From assembly GCA_030295235.1 (NCBI GenBank), contig AP026145.1, forward strand, positions 124,001 through 188,000: DNA of 64,000 nt, written 5' to 3'. This DNA comes from Fistulifera solaris (lineage: Eukaryota). Of the stretch, positions 44,028-55,071 are shown piece by piece. The translations under genes were made by a program, and so were the position numbers. The notes under the pieces are model-generated. The model ran no database searches and was not told the DNA's origin. It was given only the letters and a program-made list of their open reading frames with translations. The stretch's first letter is position 1. Each line of letters begins with the position of its first letter.

Positions 44028-47000
44028 ATGAATCGTCCTAGCGGCGGATCAGCCACGGAGAGCGAGGAGGATTTCGAAGCCAAACTCCTCTTTCTTCGAC
44101 TACAACCTATCATCAATCCACTCTTACAAGCCACTCAAGAATATCGAGGTCTTGTGACAGCCCCGACACGCAACGTAAAGAGTCTTTTATCCGTATTAAA
44201 AATACAGGCGCAACTGTTAGAGCGGCTCGTCAGTCTTCTTCCTCATCTCGCGACGCAACATAAACTCTCGGAAACGCAGCTCTCTAATTCAGTGTGCCTC
44301 CTGTTGGACTATGTTCTTTTTCCGATACTGGCAATCTTCAAGGGGACTGTCATCGGCTGGAATGGAGAGGAACGAATTGAAGAGGATCAATCGGCGGTCA
44401 AGAGTGCTTCGTTTCTTGTTGTGCAACAAGGGGCTTCGCTTCTTTCGACAATACTGGATCTTCTGCAATCTCCACCCGAAGAGAAGTTCATTCGCTGTCT
44501 CATAGCATGCGCCTTTGCCCTCCCGACCAGTCAGTATATGGCAAATGATTATCGCCATGACACGAGTTTAGATCGAGGAGACAACTGTTTGAAGCATTTG
44601 TTCGAAAGTATCCGTCGATTGGTGGATCACCCGGGATTGACGCAACAACAAACGTTTGCTCCATTATTGGCGGGTGCACTGGATGGAGCTTTGCTCGCTC
44701 GTTTGGCCGATTGCATGGTTGCTGTGGTGGAACCCTCCGAATCGGGAAAAGGTGCCCATGCAGACTTGCAACTCCAAGCACTGCAAACACTGCGAATCAT
44801 TATGAAGACGGTTCCCATGGCGTCCGTCTGGAGGCATATCTTTCCGGGAATATTTGCGGGCCTCTATCGTTGCTGTTTGCAAGCCATGCGCATTGGTCAA
44901 CAATCATCGAAAGTGGCTGCCACGACCCTGTCCGTCATTGCGGATTTGTTGCGATGTTGCGTGCAATCGGACACGGCATCTATACGAGAAACCAGCGAGG
45001 ATTCGATGGAAAAGACGGTGACTGAAAAATTGAAAGCACTGACGTTGAATTGTGGCAAAGAAATAGATCAATCGAGTTCCGGCAACGTTGAGAGCAACGA
45101 CTTTGTCTCCCGAGCAAACAAATTCCTACCCATGCCAATGACGGTTCTGATGAATATGACGACAATGGCTCGCACTAAACAGATTCGAGAAGTTCTTCTT
45201 GAGCTTCTATCCGTCGTAATGGTTCAATCGCCGTCGTTTTGGGAACCAGGTAGCAATGTTGTCACCGTGGCTTTTGAGTCGTGTCTTGTTCTTTCTCAGG
45301 ACGCTCAGCAAGACATCTCCGCTGCAGCTATCTTAATCCTTTCCGATTACAAAAAGAAAGTAGGGTCAGAATATTTGAGCTCGATTCCACGCGTTGTCGG
45401 TCCACGATTTATGTCATTAGTCAATGAACTGCCTGCTTTGATGGAAGCAGCGAGAGAAACGGACCTCGTCTCGTCGCTGCGGCGGGTAAACGGATACCTG
45501 GAAGCGATGTCACTGTCTAAAGATACAACAAGAAAATTAAAGGCTCTCATAATGACAGAAGAAAACATGTGCATAATCAGGGACGTCTTCAGCTCACTTT
45601 GCAATCCTCTTGCGCAGAGAAATAATGTCGAAGAAATGGATCCAATGTCCCTTTCATCGCTCGTACTGAAGAAAGAACGAAAAGCGAAAATTATTGCATT
45701 AGAAGAACAAAATGGAGAAGTCCAAATCGCCGTTCAATCGACGCTCTCTAGTTTGTCAAGGCTCTTAGGGACGAAAGCAACAGTTTATCTAGTTGATCAA
45801 TGTGTGACAGATCTACATACTGACTTCGAATCACGTCATTCGGCTGGTTATTCGCAAAGTGGATTGAATCAAATCGTTTGGGCGAATTCTTGGACCGGCA
45901 CGGTATACTTTTCGTCGTTTCTGTTAAGGGGCCTTACAAAGACGGAGGTGCAGTGTCGGCGAGAAAAATATATTCACCATTTATCACGTTCTACACTTCC
46001 TCTGATCTTCAGTGAATCGCTTTGGAATCTGCCTGTCGATGATGATCTAGCATCAATAAAGAAACCGGAAGGAGTTACGACGCTCATCAATAAGCAAAGC
46101 TCGATTCCCAGCGCAAAGGCTGCAAATGCTGACTTAATAGTGGCGCTTCTGGGCATTGTCGAGTCGATTGTTGATTTTGTGGATGCGAGTCCATCGGACG
46201 GGCACTTTGATATTGCATTACTTCCTCTTCTCGAAAGGGCTATATCTAAATCGTCCAAAGTTTCAAATCGGGCGCTTCATGTGCTTGGCAAAATTGAAAA
46301 ACTAGCCACGTACTCAGGAATCGACGGATTGATTGCCAACAGAGTAGATGCGATATTTGGCGCAATTTTATTGAAAGTTCGCATTCCAGGGGGGCGACCA
46401 GTCCAGAAAGAGAACGCAATAAGCAACGATATTCTGATAGCTACTGAGGTAGCCATTTTCGCAATCAGCTCCATCACACATTCTTTCGCGAAAGCTGGTC
46501 CCTGGGATTTTCAAAAGATGGATGCTAGAGTAGTCATGTCGCCACAAGAAGTCGTACGAGAATTAATGTTGCGTTTCGATCTCGCCGGGTCAAATGTGCA
46601 AAACGACGTTCGTTTGGCCGCCGTCTTCTTGACTCTATTTCAAAACATGTCGGCTCTACTTCATGCTTATTACAAGCGCTGCATTAAGGAAATGAATCAA
46701 GACACATATTTTCATTCTCCGGAACCATGGCTTGACCTACTGGAGTCTTACCGAATATCTCCAGTTACTCCTGTGAATGGTTTTGCTGAGTATAGGAGGG
46801 AAAAAGACCAAACGAAAGAGGAAATTCCTGAGGCTCTGACTTTACCTACTAGTCATTTGCAAAGAGACACCGATTTCATGGCGCTTCTCATTTCAAGGAA
46901 CGCCTACACACTTTCGCATCCAAGTTTGTCAATACAAGTAAGAAGCTGCGACGCTCTGATTTCTGCTTTTCACTTTCTTGCCATCGTAGCAGCGATACCA

Positions 47001-47743
47001 GTTCGCACGGGCGAAGAAGAAACGAACGGTCCTCGCACTGCCGTTTTAAGGCAAATACACAGCGTGTGGCCTGCTGTTGCGGGTAGATTGAAATCAGTGA
47101 GCGCCGAAGTGCGACCATCGAATAAGACGTCACTGGTCATCACATCTCCCTCGTCGCAACCGATGCATATAGATGTTAGTGAAAAAGATTTTTTCTCTCG
47201 AAATTATTCGAGCTCATAGCTGGATTGGCAGAAGCTTCCGACGATTTCATGGCTAGAAGATTTCGGGATGTTGTTTGGCCCTCTATTGGTGGACTGATGA
47301 CGCATTTTCTAAAAAGATCGAACCCTCAACAATCCGCACTTGCGTGTCAATTTTTGGAAAGTGAGATTGAATTATTGTGTTCTATTATAAGTTGCTGTGG
47401 TCGAATGTTCAAGCATCGCGAAACGGGGGAAGCCCTAGCAGGGTTGATTCCCTCAGTAGGGGGTATTATCTTCCCTTTTCTCGGAGACGAGAACCAGCAA
47501 GTGGCTGATTTAAGCAATGATACGCTTAAGGCAATGTGCTTGGTGGATAGTGACGCACTGCGAAGACCACTATTTGAACTGGCCGGCATATCTTTCAGAG
47601 CGTGCCCTCTCTTTGACCAATCACAGAACACTGTCACGTTGACGGGACGCAATGCGATCCATAGCAAAGACGTTACAGCCAAAGCGGCCGCTAAAATTTT
47701 GATTGAATTTATAGAAAGCCTTCCCGAGCAACCTCTGCTATAA
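44028..47743 (+). CDS. TTI1: Large HEAT/ARM-repeat protein, TTI1-like (TTT complex); one frameshift in T-run ~47192
   Basis: LDYVLFPIL, IFPGIFAGL, IHSVWPAV, DFMARRF..VWP and LCLVDSDA-like C-terminus. About 1240 aa when joined. Confidence 0.7.
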
Positions 47744-48201
47744 TAAGAGGGAGAATGATTTGTGTAGATGCCTACATGTTTCCATTGCAGAAAATCTTGA
47801 CTATAATATCAGCGCACACTTCGGCTTATCATCACTCCACTTCAAACAGTTACATAGTATGGCTTTGAACGATTGTTTAATAACACAAAGTATCATTCTT
47901 ATCATGATCTCGTAGCGACGCACTTTAACGACGGTTCGAGAAAGAGCTGCCATCTGTGCATCAATCATCCCTCTTTCCCGTTTTCGACAAGAAAAAAAAA
48001 GTCGTGGCTGCGATCAGATTGGATGCTACTAATACTATCAGCTCTTTAATAAGTTGATTAAAAAGTCGTAGCACGATGGCGGACACTCATTTTACGCTAA
48101 GAAAGTGCAGAAATGTAAATGAAAGCAGTACTGTTACACAGCGACTTATCCAAACACATGAAGGCATCGTTTTTGAATGCATCAGTCAACGCATGACATA
48201 G

Positions 48202-49742
48202 TTAGTCCAGCATGATGTGAGCTATTCGATTGATCGCTTGCATTGGATTTGGTAATACCGGCAGATCACCAGTTAGCGCAGCATTCGATGCCAAGACGTC
48301 TTCTTCAAGGTAAAGCTCTTTCAAAGCTGACACATCACCGACCGTAATTTGAAAGGCTAATCTGGATATCACATTTTTGAGCCCGTTCACCAGACTATCG
48401 CGTTCATCCAGTGTGTTGGACTCGAAGATGTATACCTGTCCGTTGCTGACAGTTATCGTGAAAAGCAGAAATCTTCCCGTTCTTCCTCTAGACCTTGATT
48501 GGTCAGCAGCTCGTCTCTGCTCGAAGATTTTATGGAAACAATATCAAAGAGATCAATCGAGGTTGTAAGCGCATCATGAGTTTGACCTCCGATAACCGTC
48601 GTCCATGATATTCTGGGCTGTACCGCTTCATGCTCGTTTGGATCCGGAGAACCTTTCCTTAGGTGCATTGCTACGGTTCGTCCTTTCCAATCACTGGTCC
48701 TGTTTCCTACTGTTCCGGGTGCTTGAAGGTACAATAATGCGACCCCTTTCGTTGTCATCCGCCGGATGAAGCGGAGCGTAAAGTCTTCATCGAAGTATGG
48801 TCGATCAGATTCTTCCAGATTTCCCGAAGTGCAAGCATTGTCATAGAACAAGTCAATGAGCCGTCGTACGGGGTTCTTGGATAAGCTGATTTCACGAAAC
48901 GTATAGCGAAAGTGCGATGGAGCACCAAAGTTCACATCGTCGGCACAGAAGGTTCCAAACAGCTTTCTGGCTACATTGTCACGAACCGAGCTGGAGTCAC
49001 CTTCTGGTTTCTTCGACAAGTCGTCGTCGTTCATAATTGTATCATCGATTGTAGCAGCATCCCTCGATTCTTCATCTACAGGCATGGCATTATCAAGAAC
49101 GGGGGTGTCCGGAACGTTGTCAACGATTGCTGGTGGTTCCTCCAATAAACTATCCGTAGAAGACGCTGTATGTTTGACTCCATGATCGGGCAAAGGAGGA
49201 GTTGAATACACAGAGCCATTTTCCGAGTTATCCGGAGAGTCCACGGAGACGGGTCCTTGGTATGTTGCCTTTCGATGGGTCAAGAGGTCTTCCGTTCTCT
49301 TGACGGCCGATGGGGATTTCTGAAATGACTGTGGCGCCATGACTATTCCTTCTACTGCGTCTGGCGATTCAAGATATTTACCATCGGGTGTTACTTCCAC
49401 TGACATGGAAGTTGCAAGACGGCCAAATGGTTCGGTAAGGTCGTCTGGCGCTGTTTCCTCCGGAAAAAGGTTTCGACGAATTCGTTCATCCATTTGTTCT
49501 TTCGATTCAGGGGTCAGTACTTCAATGTCATCCCCGATTGTAACATTGATAAGTTGAGGTGTCTCGGGGACCGGGTTAACGTCAAAGTCGGCATTGATTG
49601 TGTTGGGAGATTTGACGTTGTTGCTCTTCTTTCGGAAAGGAGGCAAAAATCTTCTCGGCGAGGGATTTGTGCCCGTTTGTTCAGGTGATTCCTCCACGAT
49701 ATCGCTATTGTCGCGACGGGCGACCTTGATCGGAGTCACCAT
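48202..49742 (-). CDS. Hypothetical protein: disordered N-terminus, PH-like C-terminal domain; one frameshift ~48462
   Basis: Joined reading ...IDLFDIVSI...FCFFTITVSNGQVYIFESNTLDERDSLVNGLKNVISRL resembles PH-domain final strands and helix. Confidence 0.7.
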
Positions 49743-50420
49743 GGTGACTGAGTATTTTCTGGTGCTTTCGTTGCAGAGATAAGATGAAGCAATGTGTCAC
49801 AAAAATGGACAACAAAGGCTGTCAACGATGAAAAGATTCGTGTAAGGTCGCTATTGCACTATTCCTCAATAGATTTGTAAGGAGGCGATCCTCGTGTGTG
49901 TATTTCAGCGCTTGGCGCACCTAATGCAGAGGCAAACAACCATGCAAGTAAGACCTTGTTGCCATTCGAGAGCAAAGCGTTGCAAGTTGCAAGTGCTCGA
50001 AAGCTCGCCGTTGAATGGGAAAAATAGGCGCACTTTTGGACACATTCGTTTTCACCACCAAAAAATACATGTGCCCCGACACCGGTATTCAGTTCATTAG
50101 CCTTAGAACAAGAACCGAAGACAGGACCATTTTCTTTTCCCTAAGTACTGGGTGCCGCGTCATCCGTTCTTCTTTCCGCGAAGCTTTATTGTGAAAAGTG
50201 TACCTTGTATGTACAGTTTATATGCCCTACTCAAAAGCCTTGGCGGACGTCATCCTTGTGCGTTTTGCGCACCTTTCCGCTTTCAATGTTCTGTGAGAAA
50301 AATGAATGATGACGAGTGAATGACAACACAGCGCCGCCTTTATGAAACAACTGGCTCAGTGTTTGCAATTCTTCTTATCATACATTTGTAGATACAACCG
50401 TCTCTCTTCCTATCAACGCA

Positions 50421-51413
50421 ATGCAGTCATTCGCGCCCCTTATTTGCCTGCTAGTCTATTCGACAACCGACGCATTCGTTGTCAAACAAACGAGCCATGC
50501 CCATCCCCCATCGGCACTCCATTCCTCGGCGGCAGGCATCCCCGTCACGATGATCGAATCCGTTGCCGATGCCATGTCCGGAGCAGGACCGATTCAAGTC
50601 GATATGAATCAATACAATCTAGATCCAGACATTATTGCGAACGAATGGACCGCCGTTCTGCAACCGGCGACGCCCCTGCAAGACGAAGGTATCTATTTGC
50701 AAGCCAAAAATAAACGAGAAATTCTAGTGGATACTGTGAAAATAAAGATCCCTCGTCGCGAAGGAAAAGGTTTGGGATTGGAGTTACTGGAGCTGGCCGG
50801 CGGTCGAGAAGACGGTTTGGGGATTACCGTTGTGTCGGGTTTGGTGGAAGGCGGTTGCGCCGACGGCTCCGAAATCATGGTAGGAGATTCCATCAGCAAG
50901 TTGCAAGTCATTGACACACAAGATAATGAAATTGTTTCGGTTTCGACCGAGTGTCTGAGCTACGACGGTACGGTCGATGCCGTTTTGTCGTTACCACCAG
51001 CGGAAGACGGCCAAAGTATGGTGATTACGCTCAAACGTCTTCGTCGTAAACCAAAAGTGCAAGTCACGATACAATATCCACCATCTATGAAAGAAAAAGA
51101 TGTAACAATAGAATTGTTTTCCGGCGAAAATCTGCGACGATCGATGCTGATTAAAGGGATTAAACTCAATGACCCGCTCGCACGACGTTTCGACAGCGGA
51201 GGGACCGGCAGCTGCGGCGCCGAAGGGACCTGTGGCACGTGTAGTGTCAGCATCCTTCGGGGACAAGAGCTATTGAGTCCACCGGGACAGACTGAGCAAC
51301 AAATGTTCCGCAACAATCCGCGATGGCGACTGTCTTGTAAGGCCCGCGTGGGATATGGCTTGCGGGAAGGAGAATTGGTGGTTCGTGTCAATCCAGGGCA
51401 ATGGGAACAATGA
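50421..51413 (+). CDS. Plastid-targeted PDZ-like + 2Fe-2S ferredoxin-domain protein
   Basis: Signal TDA|FVV; GLGLELLE..GITVVSGLVEGG..IMVGD (PDZ-like); GENLRR, CGAEGTCGTC...RLSC. Confidence 0.88.
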   Translation: MQSFAPLICLLVYSTTDAFVVKQTSHAHPPSALHSSAAGIPVTMIESVADAMSGAGPIQVDMNQYNLDPDIIANEWTAVLQPATPLQDEGIYLQAKNKREILVDTVKIKIPRREGKGLGLELLELAGGREDGLGITVVSGLVEGGCADGSEIMVGDSISKLQVIDTQDNEIVSVSTECLSYDGTVDAVLSLPPAEDGQSMVITLKRLRRKPKVQVTIQYPPSMKEKDVTIELFSGENLRRSMLIKGIKLNDPLARRFDSGGTGSCGAEGTCGTCSVSILRGQELLSPPGQTEQQMFRNNPRWRLSCKARVGYGLREGELVVRVNPGQWEQ

Positions 51414-51946
51414 AGTTTGCTGTTACAGCAGCGACACTGATAAACCTCATTGCTATGGATTGACTCGACGAAGTTGACTCGAAGGTCTTTCCCGTGATAG
51501 AGTTCAAAGCGAGTCGTCAGTCTCAGAGAAAAGCGGGCACCGTTGATTACGGACACATACTAGATACTACTGCGTAACTTACTTCTCAGCGATAAAATTT
51601 AGTAAATCAAGCAAGTACAACGCATACATCGTTGCATTTGCGTAGCGATGTTGCTGATTAAAAAGTATTGCAACGTTTACCTGGTAGTCGTCCTAGTTTG
51701 TTCGTCTCTTTGCGTGCACTATACGATAAAGTGTATATTACTTTTTTTATATTTTTTCCTTTAACCTTATCCTTTAAACCGCAAGGAAAGTCATAAGGAC
51801 GAGAGCCGTGTGTGCCGCAAAGCTGCGCAAACGATAACGCTCGCGTCTCTTTCGTTGTGTTGAAATCGCATTTGTGGTTTGTGGTTGCCTGTTGGGTGGC
51901 TTTTCGTGCAAAAACTTAATTCTACGGAGCATTACTTGCAGAAATC

Positions 51947-53569
51947 ATGACGAAACACGCAGACGAAGAAGAAACGCTTCCTTTGACGCGCAAAAACAGT
52001 CCGCGTCGCGCTTCTTCCTCTTCGTTGCTCGATGAACTCCGTTCTTCGACCGATATTGTCTTTCAAAGTCGCTATAATTGGTTACTTGTCTTGGGACCGA
52101 TGGCAGTCTTGGGAGAAGCCTCCGGGACGCTCAATGAAGCGGCGTGTTTTGCCTTTTCGGGTTTGGCGTTGATTCCTCTGGCCGAACGATTGTCATTTAT
52201 AACAGAACAAGTCGCGGAACACACCAACGGAACGATCGGTGCTTTATTAAATGCGACTTTCGGGAATGCTCCCGAATTACTAATATCGGTGGCGGCTCTC
52301 AATTCTGGTTACTACCGCGTCGTGCAATTGGCCATGTTGGGGTCTATGTTTACGAATATGATACTCGTATTTGGTGTTGCGTGTTTGATCGGGGGCTTTC
52401 GATGACAAGTGCAGGAACTCCGATTGACTTCCGGTAATGTCAATGTACTCATGTTGATGCTTTCGACGGCGGGATTATTGTTTCCGGCGGCGCTGGTGTT
52501 GACGGGGCAACTCGATCTAGATGTACACAACCGCGACGATCGCATTCCCTCCAAACAAGAAGTTAAATTTTCCAGAGTCAATGCGGCTGTTATGCTGATT
52601 CTATATCTATGCTTTTTACTGTTTCAACTCGGAACGCACAAGGACGAATTTGACGAAAAACCTCGTCCCAAGACGAAATTCAATGCATTTTGCCGGCGGT
52701 TTCTTCGACACGCGAATCAAGATGTTATCAACAGTCATCATGAATCGTTTTCACAAACCGAACTACGGGTACTGCGGCGAAAATCGCATCATTCCGAATC
52801 GAAGCTTTTGAACGGGAGCGATCTTATGAATTTAGAGGAGGATGACACGAGCGCGGACGGTGATTCGTCGGTGCATCACCGGAGACGACAACGGAAAATG
52901 AGTTTGGGTAGAAGCATTCCAATCTCCGACGCCATGTTACATTCCAGTGTATCTTCGGAAAAGATGAAACATGCTTTAGATTTGGATTTTAGCAGTACCC
53001 ATCACGACGACGATGACGACAACGCGTCGGACGATTCTCATGCGCACCATTCGGGGCCGCTTATTTCATTACGAGTCGGTATTGGGTGGCTCTTCATCAT
53101 CACCTTGTGCGTATCCTCCATTACGGATGTTTTAGTAGAAACGATCGATGGCTTTGCCGCACGCATGGGCGTCAGTCAAGTGTTTACATCCATGGTCATC
53201 GTACCGTTCTTTTCCAATGTGGCCGAACAAGTGAGTGCGTTCCTCTTTGCCTACCGGAACGAAATGGATCTATGTGTGGGAGTTACGGTGGGAAGTGCGA
53301 TTCAAATAGCCACCTTTGTATTACCCGGCAGTGTGTTGATTGGAATGATGATGGATCGATCCATGACTCTCTTCTTTCACGGTTACGAAACCGTTAGTTT
53401 ATTCTTTGGAGTCATGGTGGTGGGAGCGATATTACAAAGTGGTAGCACCAACTGGTTGGTGGGTGCTATACTTGTGGGAATCTATGTCATTTTTGCCTCT
53501 GGTATTTGGTTCCATGAAGTGGAAGAATTGACCGTGGATGCCGAAACGTTCCGTGTTCCGGGCGGCTAA
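51947..53569 (+). CDS. CAX: Cation/H+ exchanger (CAX, CaCA family) interrupted by one in-frame TGA at 52403-52405
   Basis: LIPLAERLSFITEQ, GALLNATFGNAPEL, LGSMFTN, FQLGTH, NEMDL.VG..GSAIQIA. ORFs 51947-52405 and 52409-53569 are in the same frame. Confidence 0.85.
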
Positions 53570-54222
53570 AGCATATGGAGGATGAATCTTTCGCATCCAA
53601 AAGCATCTTGTGAAACGAACCAATGTTTCGAAGCGAAGAGAGGCCAGAAAAAGAACGCCTTGCTACTCAGCACGGCATCCTTAGATCGACCCAAAGATCG
53701 AGTGCAAATATGCATAAAATTTTAAAAGTATCATGATCAAAAGCATTCCACTGTAAGTGCTCTTAATATATAAAATATTTTCAGAAAATATTTGCCATGA
53801 ATACTCAGAAGTTCATTATTTTTATTTGGGCGAACTCAGGTAAGCGGAAACGTGCAATTAATTAGTCATGGGTGGACAAGCTTAGACCGTTATGAATCAG
53901 GTGCATGTGGGTTATCGATGTAAACGATAAAAAGTGCCGCAAACGTTGTTATTTATGAATAGTAAACAGAGAAGTCAATTTTGCAAGATTTCCTAATTTC
54001 CTAAGCAGTTGGTGCTCCCTAGATGCTGACGTCATGAAATAAATATTGCCAATTGAGAATGAATTGTACGCATTTGTCTTCTCCCGCATTCCTCTAAATT
54101 ATATTCTTTGTTTGTTTTAGTGACTTCGCACTCATTCCAACATGACTTCGCCCATCATCAAAATTCGGAAGTTTTTTTGTGCAAGGAAAACATTCCCTGC
54201 GGCTGTTGAGAAGACTATTGTT

Positions 54223-54915
54223 TCATGACTGAAATGCAGTCGTGGCGAAATACGGACAACACTATAGTAAATACGGAAATCATTGATTTTCAAACCTTTT
54301 CGACATTATTAATCGCCAATTGCATTACAAAAGTGCTGTAGGCTATTGTATTATAATCATGACCATTTTATATTTTTATGAATTCCGAAATGCGACCAGC
54401 GGTTAGGTAGCAGTGGGCCTTGACACTTTTTTTTTTATAAAACTGCAGTCGTGTTTACCCTAAACTAACACTTTAGTCTATAGTAAATAAAAAATCATTG
54501 ATTTCCAAACCTTTTCAACATCATGGATCGCCAACTGCATTAAAATAGTGCTGCAAGCTATTGTATTGTAATGAAAATCATCACATAGTAATATTTTTTT
54601 TGAAAAGCGAACAGCGTTTAGGTAGCAGTCGGGCCGTGACACTTTTTATGAAATGCAGTCGTGTTTCCCTTGAACTAACACTTTAGTCTATAGTAAATAC
54701 GAAAGTCTAAAAAATTCAAGCTTGATCGATGTACGCGTTGCAAATGCTGCACCCGGATATCGCATTGTATTTGTAAAAATAAAATACCGGTACTCCGTAA
54801 TTCATTAACTGATAAAACAACAAGAAGGTGAAGGTTAGGTAGAGGTCTCACAATCATGTGGATTGATTCCTGACTAAAATCCACTCGAATGCTCCACACT
54901 TTCGACTATAGTATA
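54223..54915 (+). repeat. Same repeat family, array of 3 heads plus a degenerate 4th
   Basis: CAGTCGTG at 54237, 54446 and 54656, degenerate head at ~54870. Bodies share TGCTG, ATTGTAT and TTAGGTAG; the first two also share AAACCTTTTC. Confidence 0.9.
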
Positions 54916-55071
54916 GTCAAATAACGGTGCGATGAAGAGTTGTGCCACATCATCGTGAGCTTTTTTTCCTCGATCCGCCGTTTTGCGGAGAGCACATTCG
55001 TCGGCATCGTCATCCTACAATCGTCCTATTTATCTTTGATTTGTCGTTTCAAGAAACAATACGTACTGACT

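Noticed and set aside
52403..52405. Selenocysteine at the CAX in-frame TGA
   Set aside because: Not a redox Cys position, CAX is not a known selenoprotein family, and I recognised no SECIS downstream.
53600..54900. Centromere (AT-rich tract)
   Set aside because: Visibly AT-rich but short, and similar tracts occur elsewhere in the window. It cannot be supported without chromosome-wide GC profiling or CENH3 ChIP.
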